Positions 16,940 to 23,997 are shown, numbered from the stretch's first letter. The stretch is 24,000 nt of DNA from Lentisphaeraceae bacterium (GCA_021232515.1 JAJPOQ010000077.1:3732-27731); one strand, 5' to 3'. The notes: generated by a model from the letters alone, not told the origin. Translations and numbers: made by a program.

Positions 16940-18114
16940 GTCCAGATTCGGAAAAGGTTTTTGACCGTATCATTGAAGGCAAATTGCGAGATGAGGATTT
17001 ACTCTATCTCGAAAATCTTGAAAAGAGTCATCCTGAAGAATTTCAGCAGATGATGCAGTTGGTAGCTTTTGAAGAGTCTATATCTATAAACCTGAAAGAA
17101 GAGCGTTCACCTGAGTTATTTTCAGACTTGGTGATTGATGAGATAAAGCGTGAAAAGCTTCATCAAACTCAGAGTTTCGCCAATAAAGTAGTTAAAAAAA
17201 TAGACGCAAACCCGAGAAGCTCTCGTCGAAGAGTGACTCGTAAAGTAAAGAAGAAGTCTAGTTCATTTCCATTCCTTTTGGCAGCTATAGTTTTGATTGG
17301 TTTAGCAGTCGGAGCTTTCTTTGTCTTAGAGAGTAAATCACCTGAAGTTTACATAACACAAGGCCAGTTTAGTAATGGCTCTCAAACTTACTCTAGTGGC
17401 CAAATCTTACCTCAAAACTTAAAGTTTAAAGCAGAGAGTGATGTTGTCGTGAGCCTGTTTGATGGTACCAAAATTGGTATAGATAAAGCTTCAGAATTGA
17501 ATTTTGATGTAGCCAATAAAAACATATATCTTCATAAAGGTAAACTAACTGCAAGTGTTCAGAAACAAGCAGATGGCGCCCTTAAGTTTAATACACCTTA
17601 TGCGATAGCAGAAATACTTGGAACTGAGTTTTCTCTAGAAACCGAAAATGAAAAATCGTGGCTAGATCTTACAGAAGGTTCGATTCGTTACTCTTCAAAA
17701 AATAGCGATAAGTCTATACTCATGAAATCTGGTGAGGAAGCCTGTGCTATAGAAAAGGGAGATCTTGCTTTAGCTAAAGAAGAGTTTGTAAAGTTACTCA
17801 CTCTAGTGGATGCAAAAACGGGTAAAGACTTAAAAATCCTTGAGGACCATAGTACTATCAGTTTGAGTGAGTACCGTCGGTCTTTTTCGATAAAGGCTTA
17901 TGCTCAAAAACGCGAAAAAATAGCTTTTTATATCAATGGCAAAAAAGTTGATAAAGAAGAAGCAAACCCTCCATACATCCTAACAGGAAATGCCCCAGGG
18001 TCTGAGGCTGTTTACCCTTGGAAAGTAGGTCCCGGAAATTATGAAATAGTCCTCAAAGTTCTTTCTGGAAAATCCAATTATATGAAGAAGTTCTCTGTAA
18101 AAATTGTGAAATAA
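16936..18114 (+). CDS. FecR-family transmembrane anti-sigma factor with C-terminal Ig/CBM-like domain
   Basis: 392 aa. Cytoplasmic N-terminal helical domain, basic stretch (RSSRRRVTRKVKKK), single TM helix (FPFLLAAIVLIGLAVGAFFVL). FecR-type beta domain (LFDGTKIGIDKASELNF...LHKGKLTASV...FNTPYAIAEILGTEFSLE). Then a ~105 aa C-terminal domain similar to domains of the adjacent secreted protein. 4-nt start/stop overlap with the sigma gene. Confidence 0.85.
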   Translation: MSPDSEKVFDRIIEGKLRDEDLLYLENLEKSHPEEFQQMMQLVAFEESISINLKEERSPELFSDLVIDEIKREKLHQTQSFANKVVKKIDANPRSSRRRVTRKVKKKSSSFPFLLAAIVLIGLAVGAFFVLESKSPEVYITQGQFSNGSQTYSSGQILPQNLKFKAESDVVVSLFDGTKIGIDKASELNFDVANKNIYLHKGKLTASVQKQADGALKFNTPYAIAEILGTEFSLETENEKSWLDLTEGSIRYSSKNSDKSILMKSGEEACAIEKGDLALAKEEFVKLLTLVDAKTGKDLKILEDHSTISLSEYRRSFSIKAYAQKREKIAFYINGKKVDKEEANPPYILTGNAPGSEAVYPWKVGPGNYEIVLKVLSGKSNYMKKFSVKIVK

Positions 18115-18172
18115 TTTCTTTTTGGCGTCACACCTACACCAACTCACAACAATAATTATACAAAGATAATTT

Positions 18173-18352
18173 ATGTATAGGCTGAATATGCAGCAAGAAA
18201 TAATCAGAGTTAAAAGGCCAGACTTTTCATCATTGAATCAAGTTAAAAAGGCCAAGGTAGTAAAAGATTTCTTTTATCCAAAACCTAAAGAAAAAAAGAA
18301 ACTTAGTCAGACTTTAGTGGATGGCGTAGTTTACATCGATTTAAAGAATTAA
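18173..18352 (+). CDS. Unannotated 59-codon ORF (hypothetical), convergent with and overlapping the fic stop
   Basis: Translated by hand: MYRLNMQQEIIRVKRPDFSSLNQVKKAKVVKDFFYPKPKEKKKLSQTLVDGVVYIDLKN. It falls just below the size cutoff of the ORF track and fills an otherwise empty 234 bp gap. It has no convincing RBS and no recognised family. Confidence 0.2.
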   Translation: MYRLNMQQEIIRVKRPDFSSLNQVKKAKVVKDFFYPKPKEKKKLSQTLVDGVVYIDLKN

Positions 18353-19413
18353 GAACGCTGACGCTGTATCTCCCTAACTTCGTCAACGATATTTAAAGTC
18401 TTTTGCCATTGTTGATAAATGAATGCTTCAAACTTTTTTATATCACCAGTCATTTCTAATGTATTGTTCTCATCTTTTAATCGAAAGTTTTTAATGAGGT
18501 CTAAATATTCAAATCTAGATTGGCTATCAATTGTGATTGGTGGAAAGCCTTGTTGAATAACTTTTAAGTTTGCTAGTAGTCTTGCAAGTCTGCCATTTCC
18601 ATCAAAAAATGGGTGTATGGAGGTAAAAGATAGCATGACCCATGTATAGATCTTTACGGCTTCAGTTGATGTTTCTGGAGCGAATAAAGAGTTATAGGTT
18701 TCTAGCCACGACTTCATCAATAGAGGAATTTTTTTTGGAGGTGGATAAAGTATGTACTCTTTACCCCAGTAAGCACCATTTTCTTTCCTTTTCCAGGCAC
18801 CTACAGGGTTTTCTATATCAAATGGTGGGTTAATGATAGTTGTTTTATGAAGGTTTAATATATCTTCTTCCATTAGGTCTTTATTATGAGCAATCTGGTA
18901 TATGAGTTTGATTGCATTTGCGTGCCCACGTATTTCATCATGTTCACGAAGACTTTTGCCGGAAATGGTTAAGCCTTCCTTTAAGATGAAAGATGTTTCG
19001 CCTAGAGTAAGAGTATTTCCTTCTATTGATGTTGAATCGTGAGTCCATTCATCACGAATTCTCTGCTTGAGTATATCTTTTAAGTCATCATCTAAGTTAT
19101 CAAGGAATAAACCAACCTTAGGACTTTTCTTTAATGAGTGGTAAAGAGCTTGGCGGATTTGTTTGAGAAGTTCTCGTGAGTTCTCAATTTTGAGTGAATG
19201 CTTTAGTTGGTTTAGCTGTTGGTCACTTAAAGAAAAACTTAGTTGTTTATCTAATTTTCCGGTTTTAGTAAGCTCAAAAACTTTATGGGACTTTATTAAA
19301 ACATTGACTGCTGTATTTACAGCAGCTTGTTGTTTTCCATTCTTTTTTATGGCCTCAAAGAGTTCTTGAGTAATTTTTAAGCTAAACCTTTTCATATAAT
19401 TACTATAAATCAT
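18349..19413 (-). CDS. Fic-family protein (class II architecture: N-terminal inhibitory helix plus Fic core)
   Basis: 354 aa. Canonical Fic motif HPFFDGNGRLAR (HPFx[D/E]GNGRxxR). Upstream S-T-S-I-E-G matches the autoinhibitory [S/T]xxxE[G/N] motif. An alternative start is at Met7 (19395). Confidence 0.9.
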   Translation of the reverse strand: MIYSNYMKRFSLKITQELFEAIKKNGKQQAAVNTAVNVLIKSHKVFELTKTGKLDKQLSFSLSDQQLNQLKHSLKIENSRELLKQIRQALYHSLKKSPKVGLFLDNLDDDLKDILKQRIRDEWTHDSTSIEGNTLTLGETSFILKEGLTISGKSLREHDEIRGHANAIKLIYQIAHNKDLMEEDILNLHKTTIINPPFDIENPVGAWKRKENGAYWGKEYILYPPPKKIPLLMKSWLETYNSLFAPETSTEAVKIYTWVMLSFTSIHPFFDGNGRLARLLANLKVIQQGFPPITIDSQSRFEYLDLIKNFRLKDENNTLEMTGDIKKFEAFIYQQWQKTLNIVDEVREIQRQRS

Positions 19414-19467
19414 TCTTTTAGTTAATAAAAGAATGATTTATCATTCTTTTTTGATTAAAAAGAATGG
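19405..19467 (-). promoter_or_regulatory. Four alternately complementary 10-mers plus 8-codon uORF in the fic leader (alternatively a weak terminator of the upstream sulfatase)
   Basis: Plus strand: TCATTCTTTT (19410-19419), AAAAGAATGA (19427-19436), TCATTCTTTT (19441-19450), AAAAGAATGG (19458-19467). A perfect 15-bp inverted repeat (19405-19419 / 19427-19441) includes the fic ATG. On the mRNA strand the duplicated AAAAGAATGAT initiates ATG ATA AAT CAT TCT TTT ATT AAC TAA, which ends 4 nt before the fic ATG. Confidence 0.4.
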
Positions 19468-19488
19468 ATCGCAAGATAAATTTGAAAT

Positions 19489-20919
19489 CTACTGAGCTTT
19501 GATTGGGCCTTTGTGATTGATCTTTTCTGCGCCAGTTGCTTTACCAGGCATTTCTCTGTGTGGATTCCTCTCACCTTTCTTGGCTTTTGGTGAACCACGG
19601 TCGAGAGATGGGCTTTCTGGAACATTGTCACCAGTCTGTTCAGTCCAATCGGCGAGTTGCTGACGCATCTTCTTGAGCATTTCTTTATACTCTGGATTAT
19701 TCACAACGTTATTCAATTGGTGAAAGTCTTTACCGACATGGTAGAGCTCTTCTTCTGGACACGGGTTTCTAAATACGTTGCTTTGTGCAGCATTTAGTTT
19801 TCCATCCTTATAAGCTTCAGCCAGTTCTTGGTAACTTGCTTCCACACACCAAAGTCTGCGGTCTGGAAAATTGTTTTTAATGTAGAGGAAGTCGCCCATT
19901 CTAACCATGCGTTCATGAGCTTGATTGACATGCCAATTGTGTTCAGCAAAGACGACTTCTCTAACTGTCGCTTTAGGATCTTTGAGAATAGGCGTAAAAC
20001 TTACTCCTTGGATTCTTTCGTCTGCTTTTAGACCAGCAAGTTCTACTATAGTACTAGCAACATCTATAGAGCTGATAAGACTATCTGTAACGAGTCCTTT
20101 AGTGATCATTTTAGGGTAATGGACGATAAAAGGAGTTTTTATACCGCTGTCATATAGTCTTGTTTTGGCACGTGTAAATGGGCGACCGTTATCAGACATA
20201 ACGATGATAAATGTATTCTCAAAAACTTCTTGTTTCTTAAGTTCTTTAACGACTTCACCGATGTAGTAGTCAAAACGGCTTATTTCATGGTAGTAGCCAG
20301 TAAACTCTTTGCGAATTTCAGGTCCATCAACCATGTAAGGAGGGATGATCACATCCTTTGGATCATAGATGGGTGCTTTGTCATTTATCTCAAACTTCTT
20401 ATGAGCATCTGTAGAGGCAAACCACATGAAGAATGGTTTATCTTTTGGTCTTTTTTCTAGAATAGGAACCCAGTCTTCTTCTTTTCCAGGGCCTTTGCCA
20501 TTTGAGATCTTGTTGAAAGAATTTTTTATATTGCCAATATGAGTTTTACCAGAAATAACAGAGTAGTAACCACTCTCTTTAAGCAACTTAGGAAACTTTA
20601 CTTGTTCTACTGGTAGGTTTGTATGGAGTTCTGCAGCACCTGTATTGTGAGGATAACGGCCGGAGATGATACTACAACGACTTGGGCTACAGCTACTAAT
20701 TGTTAAGTAAGCGTTGGTAAACTTCATACCGTCATTTGATAACTGGTCGATATGTGGAGTCTTGATTACGGGATGACCGTAGGCACCAAGGTCTTCAAAG
20801 CCTAGATCATCTGCTATAAAGAAGACAAAGTTAGGTTTTTCAGCAGAAAATCCGACAGTGGATAAGAGCATAGTAAATATAATAATAAGTTTCATGAACA
20901 CGCCTAAGTTTAGTTTCAT
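19489..20919 (-). CDS. Secreted sulfatase (Cys-type)
   Basis: 476 aa. Signal peptide. PNFVFFIADDLGFEDLG start. Formylglycine motif CSPSR followed by IISGRYPHNTG. GKTHIG motif. The true start may be the second Met (20895, MKLIIIFTMLL...). Confidence 0.9.
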   Translation of the reverse strand: MKLNLGVFMKLIIIFTMLLSTVGFSAEKPNFVFFIADDLGFEDLGAYGHPVIKTPHIDQLSNDGMKFTNAYLTISSCSPSRCSIISGRYPHNTGAAELHTNLPVEQVKFPKLLKESGYYSVISGKTHIGNIKNSFNKISNGKGPGKEEDWVPILEKRPKDKPFFMWFASTDAHKKFEINDKAPIYDPKDVIIPPYMVDGPEIRKEFTGYYHEISRFDYYIGEVVKELKKQEVFENTFIIVMSDNGRPFTRAKTRLYDSGIKTPFIVHYPKMITKGLVTDSLISSIDVASTIVELAGLKADERIQGVSFTPILKDPKATVREVVFAEHNWHVNQAHERMVRMGDFLYIKNNFPDRRLWCVEASYQELAEAYKDGKLNAAQSNVFRNPCPEEELYHVGKDFHQLNNVVNNPEYKEMLKKMRQQLADWTEQTGDNVPESPSLDRGSPKAKKGERNPHREMPGKATGAEKINHKGPIKAQ

Positions 20920-20988
20920 GCAAGAAACTTAGTGTGAGTCATTAAAAAATCCAAACAGAAAAATCAACTAGAATAAGAACTCAGCGAT

Positions 20989-21201
20989 TTAACCATTTTT
21001 TTGTTTAGGCTCTACTCCAGAACCAGCGCATTGAACACATTTTGTTTCTTTGCTGTATACCCAAATTGATCCTATACCTTGGCATTTTGAACAAAGTGCA
21101 GGCTCTGTAGAAAGTTCGAAACTTGGTCTTTTTGTGTCTAACATTTTATATACCCTTTTGTGCCTTTTAGTAAAAATACCCATTTTGAAATCGGAATACA
21201 A
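20989..21201 (-). CDS. Small DnaJ-CR-type zinc-finger protein
   Basis: Two CxxCxGxG motifs (CSKCQGIG and CVQCAGSG) 12 residues apart, as in the cysteine-rich domain of DnaJ. The real start may be the internal ATG at 21144 (MLDTKRP...), preceded by AAGGG with an 8 nt spacer, giving 51 aa. Confidence 0.55.
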   Translation of the reverse strand: MYSDFKMGIFTKRHKRVYKMLDTKRPSFELSTEPALCSKCQGIGSIWVYSKETKCVQCAGSGVEPKQKNG

Positions 21202-21276
21202 GTTTTGTAAACCGATTTCTTTTACTTGATAAAATGTAGTTTAAAATTGTAAAAGTTAAATATTAACTAGTAAAAT

Positions 21277-22497
21277 TTATGATAAGGCTTGTTTGAGTGA
21301 CACTATTGGTAATTCAAAGCGAGTAGCAAATGCTTCTGCTTGATCTTTTGAAAGTCTTTCGCCATTTGCTGCCAGCATAGTTATGCAAAGTGCAGATGGA
21401 TAAAGTGAAGCTTTATCTGTTAGGCCAATTGCTCCTTCAAGAACATTTCTTGGACGGTCGATTTCACTACTAAGTATCTGAACTGCAGCAACGTTACCGG
21501 GACAAATCCAGTCGCCAACACTGTATTCAACATTGTGAAACATCTCTATAGACTTAAGTAGTGCTTTGGCTGAGAAGTCGTTCTCTTCAACTTCACGGTC
21601 TCTGACTTGAACTAGGTAGCGTCTGCCTTCTTCATCAAGCTGACTGTTGACTACAGGAGCCGGTATAGCAAGTCTCTCTGCGACGTGGTTTTCAACTGCA
21701 AGCAAACAGCCGGAACGAGCCATGCCCATAGCAAATGTTAGGACTTCTTCAGTAAGCTTTTCAGTTGCAACGACTATAGCAACTTCAGTTCTTTCTGGTG
21801 ATTCGTCAACTATAAGAGCAGCCGAACCTTTTTTGAGAGATGCTAAAGCCCACTCTTCTTGAGAGTCTACTTTTTCAGCACGAACTTCGTCTGGAATATT
21901 TAAAGAAAGGACACCTGATTCATCTTGTATATGTCTTGAGTTGAAGTCGACTTCGATATTCACTTTATCACCTTTTGTAATTTTCCCTAAGTGCGTGCGA
22001 TTTAGAGTTTCTGGAATAAGAGAAACAGAAAATGCTTCGCTGTTTCTATCTGTAATTGTTAGGCTAACGCCATCGACTGAAACACAGCCTCTTATTGGCA
22101 TGAGGTCACGAAAGTTTTTAGGTAGTGAGAACCAGATCTTTACTTGGTCTGAACCTTCGACACTGGTCAGTTCAACCAGGTCTGCAATGAAGTCTACATG
22201 ACCAAGGATGTTGTGACCACCGTTGTATTCGCCATGTTTTAGCGGAAGATCGACGTGAACCTTATCGCCCGAAACGATTGTCGGTAAAGTGGTTCTTTTG
22301 AGAGTTTCAGGCCAAACGTCAAAACTTACTTTTTGATCATCAAATTCGGTAACAGTCAGGCAGACTCCGTTTATACCAACTGAATCGCCAGTTTTAACGA
22401 GTGAGCAGACGTCACTAGCAACTGTAAGTTTGTAACCGTTTTGGTCGCCTTCATTGGCAACAACTATTCCTTCTCTGGTGATGATACCGCTATACAT
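21277..22497 (-). CDS. ribE: Riboflavin synthase (alpha chain) fused to a degenerate DHBP-synthase (RibB)-like domain
   Basis: Residues 1-~200: two lumazine-binding repeats (MYSGIITREG..., GDSVGINGVCLTVTEF, GGHNILGHVD, GCVSVDGVSLTIT, LIPETLNRTHLG). Residues ~215-406 align by eye to RibB (LKKGSAALIVDESPERTEVAIVVATEKLTEEVLTFAMGMARSGCLLAV; PGNVAAV; ALCITMLAANGERL; PIVSLKQAL) but lack the conserved acidic and His catalytic residues. Confidence 0.85.
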   Translation of the reverse strand: MYSGIITREGIVVANEGDQNGYKLTVASDVCSLVKTGDSVGINGVCLTVTEFDDQKVSFDVWPETLKRTTLPTIVSGDKVHVDLPLKHGEYNGGHNILGHVDFIADLVELTSVEGSDQVKIWFSLPKNFRDLMPIRGCVSVDGVSLTITDRNSEAFSVSLIPETLNRTHLGKITKGDKVNIEVDFNSRHIQDESGVLSLNIPDEVRAEKVDSQEEWALASLKKGSAALIVDESPERTEVAIVVATEKLTEEVLTFAMGMARSGCLLAVENHVAERLAIPAPVVNSQLDEEGRRYLVQVRDREVEENDFSAKALLKSIEMFHNVEYSVGDWICPGNVAAVQILSSEIDRPRNVLEGAIGLTDKASLYPSALCITMLAANGERLSKDQAEAFATRFELPIVSLKQALS

Positions 22498-23129
22498 TAT
22501 TGCTCCGAAACAGGCCGGCTCGATTTTACGTTCGAGACTTTAGGTTCTTGTTGGCGCGTATTATCATGAAGCTCATTTGACTGACCTTCTTCTCTTTTCA
22601 TGCGCTTTTTCTCGCGCTTTTTTTCGCGCTTTAACTTTCTTCGTAGAGAACGCTCAATTTTGCGTTCATTGTTCTTTTTAACTGTAACATAGACAAAGCT
22701 GTACGCTATGGGAGCTAAGACTGCGCCAAGCATACTACCGCCGATGACAAACATAAGGAAACCATCGAGTCCAAGTTTGGCACCAAGTTGAAAGGCTTCG
22801 GAGAAAGTGAGATTACTCATTATCTCAACTATCTCTTCTTTACTTATCTTAGACTTTATAAAAAAGGAGCCTAAGTAAACATTGAAAGGGAAAACAATAG
22901 GGATGGTCACTGGATTTGTAACCCAAGTACAGGCTGCTGCCACGATCTTATTTACCTTGAAAGCCCAGGCAACAAATATAGCTAAAAACATCTGGCAGAC
23001 AGGAATGAGGAAACCAAAAAATATACCGATGGCAACACTTAACGCAACAGTATGAGCCGTACCTTTTTGGCGCATTAATTTCAAGTAAATGTACTTGTAA
23101 AACTTTCTGTTGGTAACTTTCAGAGCCAT
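22497..23129 (-). CDS. DUF2062-family membrane protein with highly basic C-terminal tail
   Basis: 210 aa. GTAHTVALSVAIGIFFGFLIP...WVTNPVTIPIVFP matches the DUF2062 pattern. 3-4 TM segments. C-terminal RKIERSLRRKLKREKKREKKRMKREE. Its TAA overlaps the ribE ATG (TAATG, 1 nt shared at 22497). Confidence 0.8.
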   Translation of the reverse strand: MALKVTNRKFYKYIYLKLMRQKGTAHTVALSVAIGIFFGFLIPVCQMFLAIFVAWAFKVNKIVAAACTWVTNPVTIPIVFPFNVYLGSFFIKSKISKEEIVEIMSNLTFSEAFQLGAKLGLDGFLMFVIGGSMLGAVLAPIAYSFVYVTVKKNNERKIERSLRRKLKREKKREKKRMKREEGQSNELHDNTRQQEPKVSNVKSSRPVSEQ

Positions 23130-23308
23130 GTATTTTTCCTAAGTGATCAGGCCCGAATATAGCCTAAAAGTTTTGTTTTTAAATAATCGCCTATACGATT
23201 AATGAGCGATTTCACGGAACGACGTGAGTAATACAATAATCCCCGCGATTAAGCATTTGCAATAAAGTTTTTACCGGATACCTGTTACAGCAGTATTTAT
23301 CTAATTTT

Positions 23309-23527
23309 TTGAGTAAGTTTAAGTTGAGTAAAGATTTACAATTAAACCCTATGTTGGTTGAGCTTATGTGTTGCCCTGCATGTAAAGGCAATTCAAGCTT
23401 ATCTAAGGACGACAATGGTCAAAACCTTGAGTGTGACCAGTGTTCGAGGAAGTACTTTTTAAAAGAGGTTCCAGGAAGAGATGGTCAGGGATTATTAATT
23501 CCGTCGTTATTAGTTGAAGAAGATTAA
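23309..23527 (+). CDS. Trm112/UPF0434-like small zinc-ribbon protein
   Basis: LNPMLVELMCCPACKG...LECDQCSRKYFLKE resembles the LLEILVCPxCKG...L.C......Y N-terminus of Trm112/YcaR-type proteins. The conserved region begins before the first ATG (23351), so a TTG start at 23309 or 23324 is likely. It ends 17 nt before nrdR. Confidence 0.65.
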   Translation: MSKFKLSKDLQLNPMLVELMCCPACKGNSSLSKDDNGQNLECDQCSRKYFLKEVPGRDGQGLLIPSLLVEED

Positions 23528-23544
23528 ACGAATAAAGGCATAAG

Positions 23545-23997
23545 ATGCGCTGTCCGGAATGTGGATGTACTGAAGATAAAGTTCTAGAAACTCGAGTTGC
23601 TAAAAATAAAGCAATTATCCGTCGTCGACGCGAGTGTGTTGAGTGCAAGTCGCGCTTCAATACTCAAGAAGAAGTCATCCGCACTGAATTCTATGTTCTT
23701 AAGTCGCAAGGCCGCCGAGAAGAACTCAACCTCCAAAAAATCCGCAATGGCTTAGAATTAGCCTGTCGCAAACGTCCTGTCACTAGTGAACAACTTGATC
23801 GCGCTATGGAGCAGATACAGTTAAACCTTCAGAAAGAGTTTGACCGTGAAGTTCCAGCAAAAGAGATAGGCCGTATGGTGATGATAAGTTTGAAAGAAAT
23901 AGACGAAGTCGCTTATGTTCGCTTTGCTTCTGTTTACAGACAATTCAAAGACGCCGAAGAATTTATCAGTGAGATCAAGGAGCTCTACTCGAAATAG
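23545..23997 (+). CDS. nrdR: Transcriptional repressor NrdR (zinc ribbon + ATP-cone)
   Basis: MRCPECGCTEDKVLETR...RRRRECVECKSRFNTQE is the canonical NrdR zinc ribbon. It is followed by an ATP-cone (KRPVTSEQLDRAMEQI...AYVRFASVYRQFKD). 150 aa, full length. Confidence 0.95.
   Translation: MRCPECGCTEDKVLETRVAKNKAIIRRRRECVECKSRFNTQEEVIRTEFYVLKSQGRREELNLQKIRNGLELACRKRPVTSEQLDRAMEQIQLNLQKEFDREVPAKEIGRMVMISLKEIDEVAYVRFASVYRQFKDAEEFISEIKELYSK

Noticed and set aside
23130-23308. Possible FMN (RFN) riboswitch upstream of the DUF2062-ribE operon
   Set aside because: Reading the minus strand, I find none of the conserved GC-rich RFN core segments or the multi-stem junction pattern. The region is short and mostly AT-rich.
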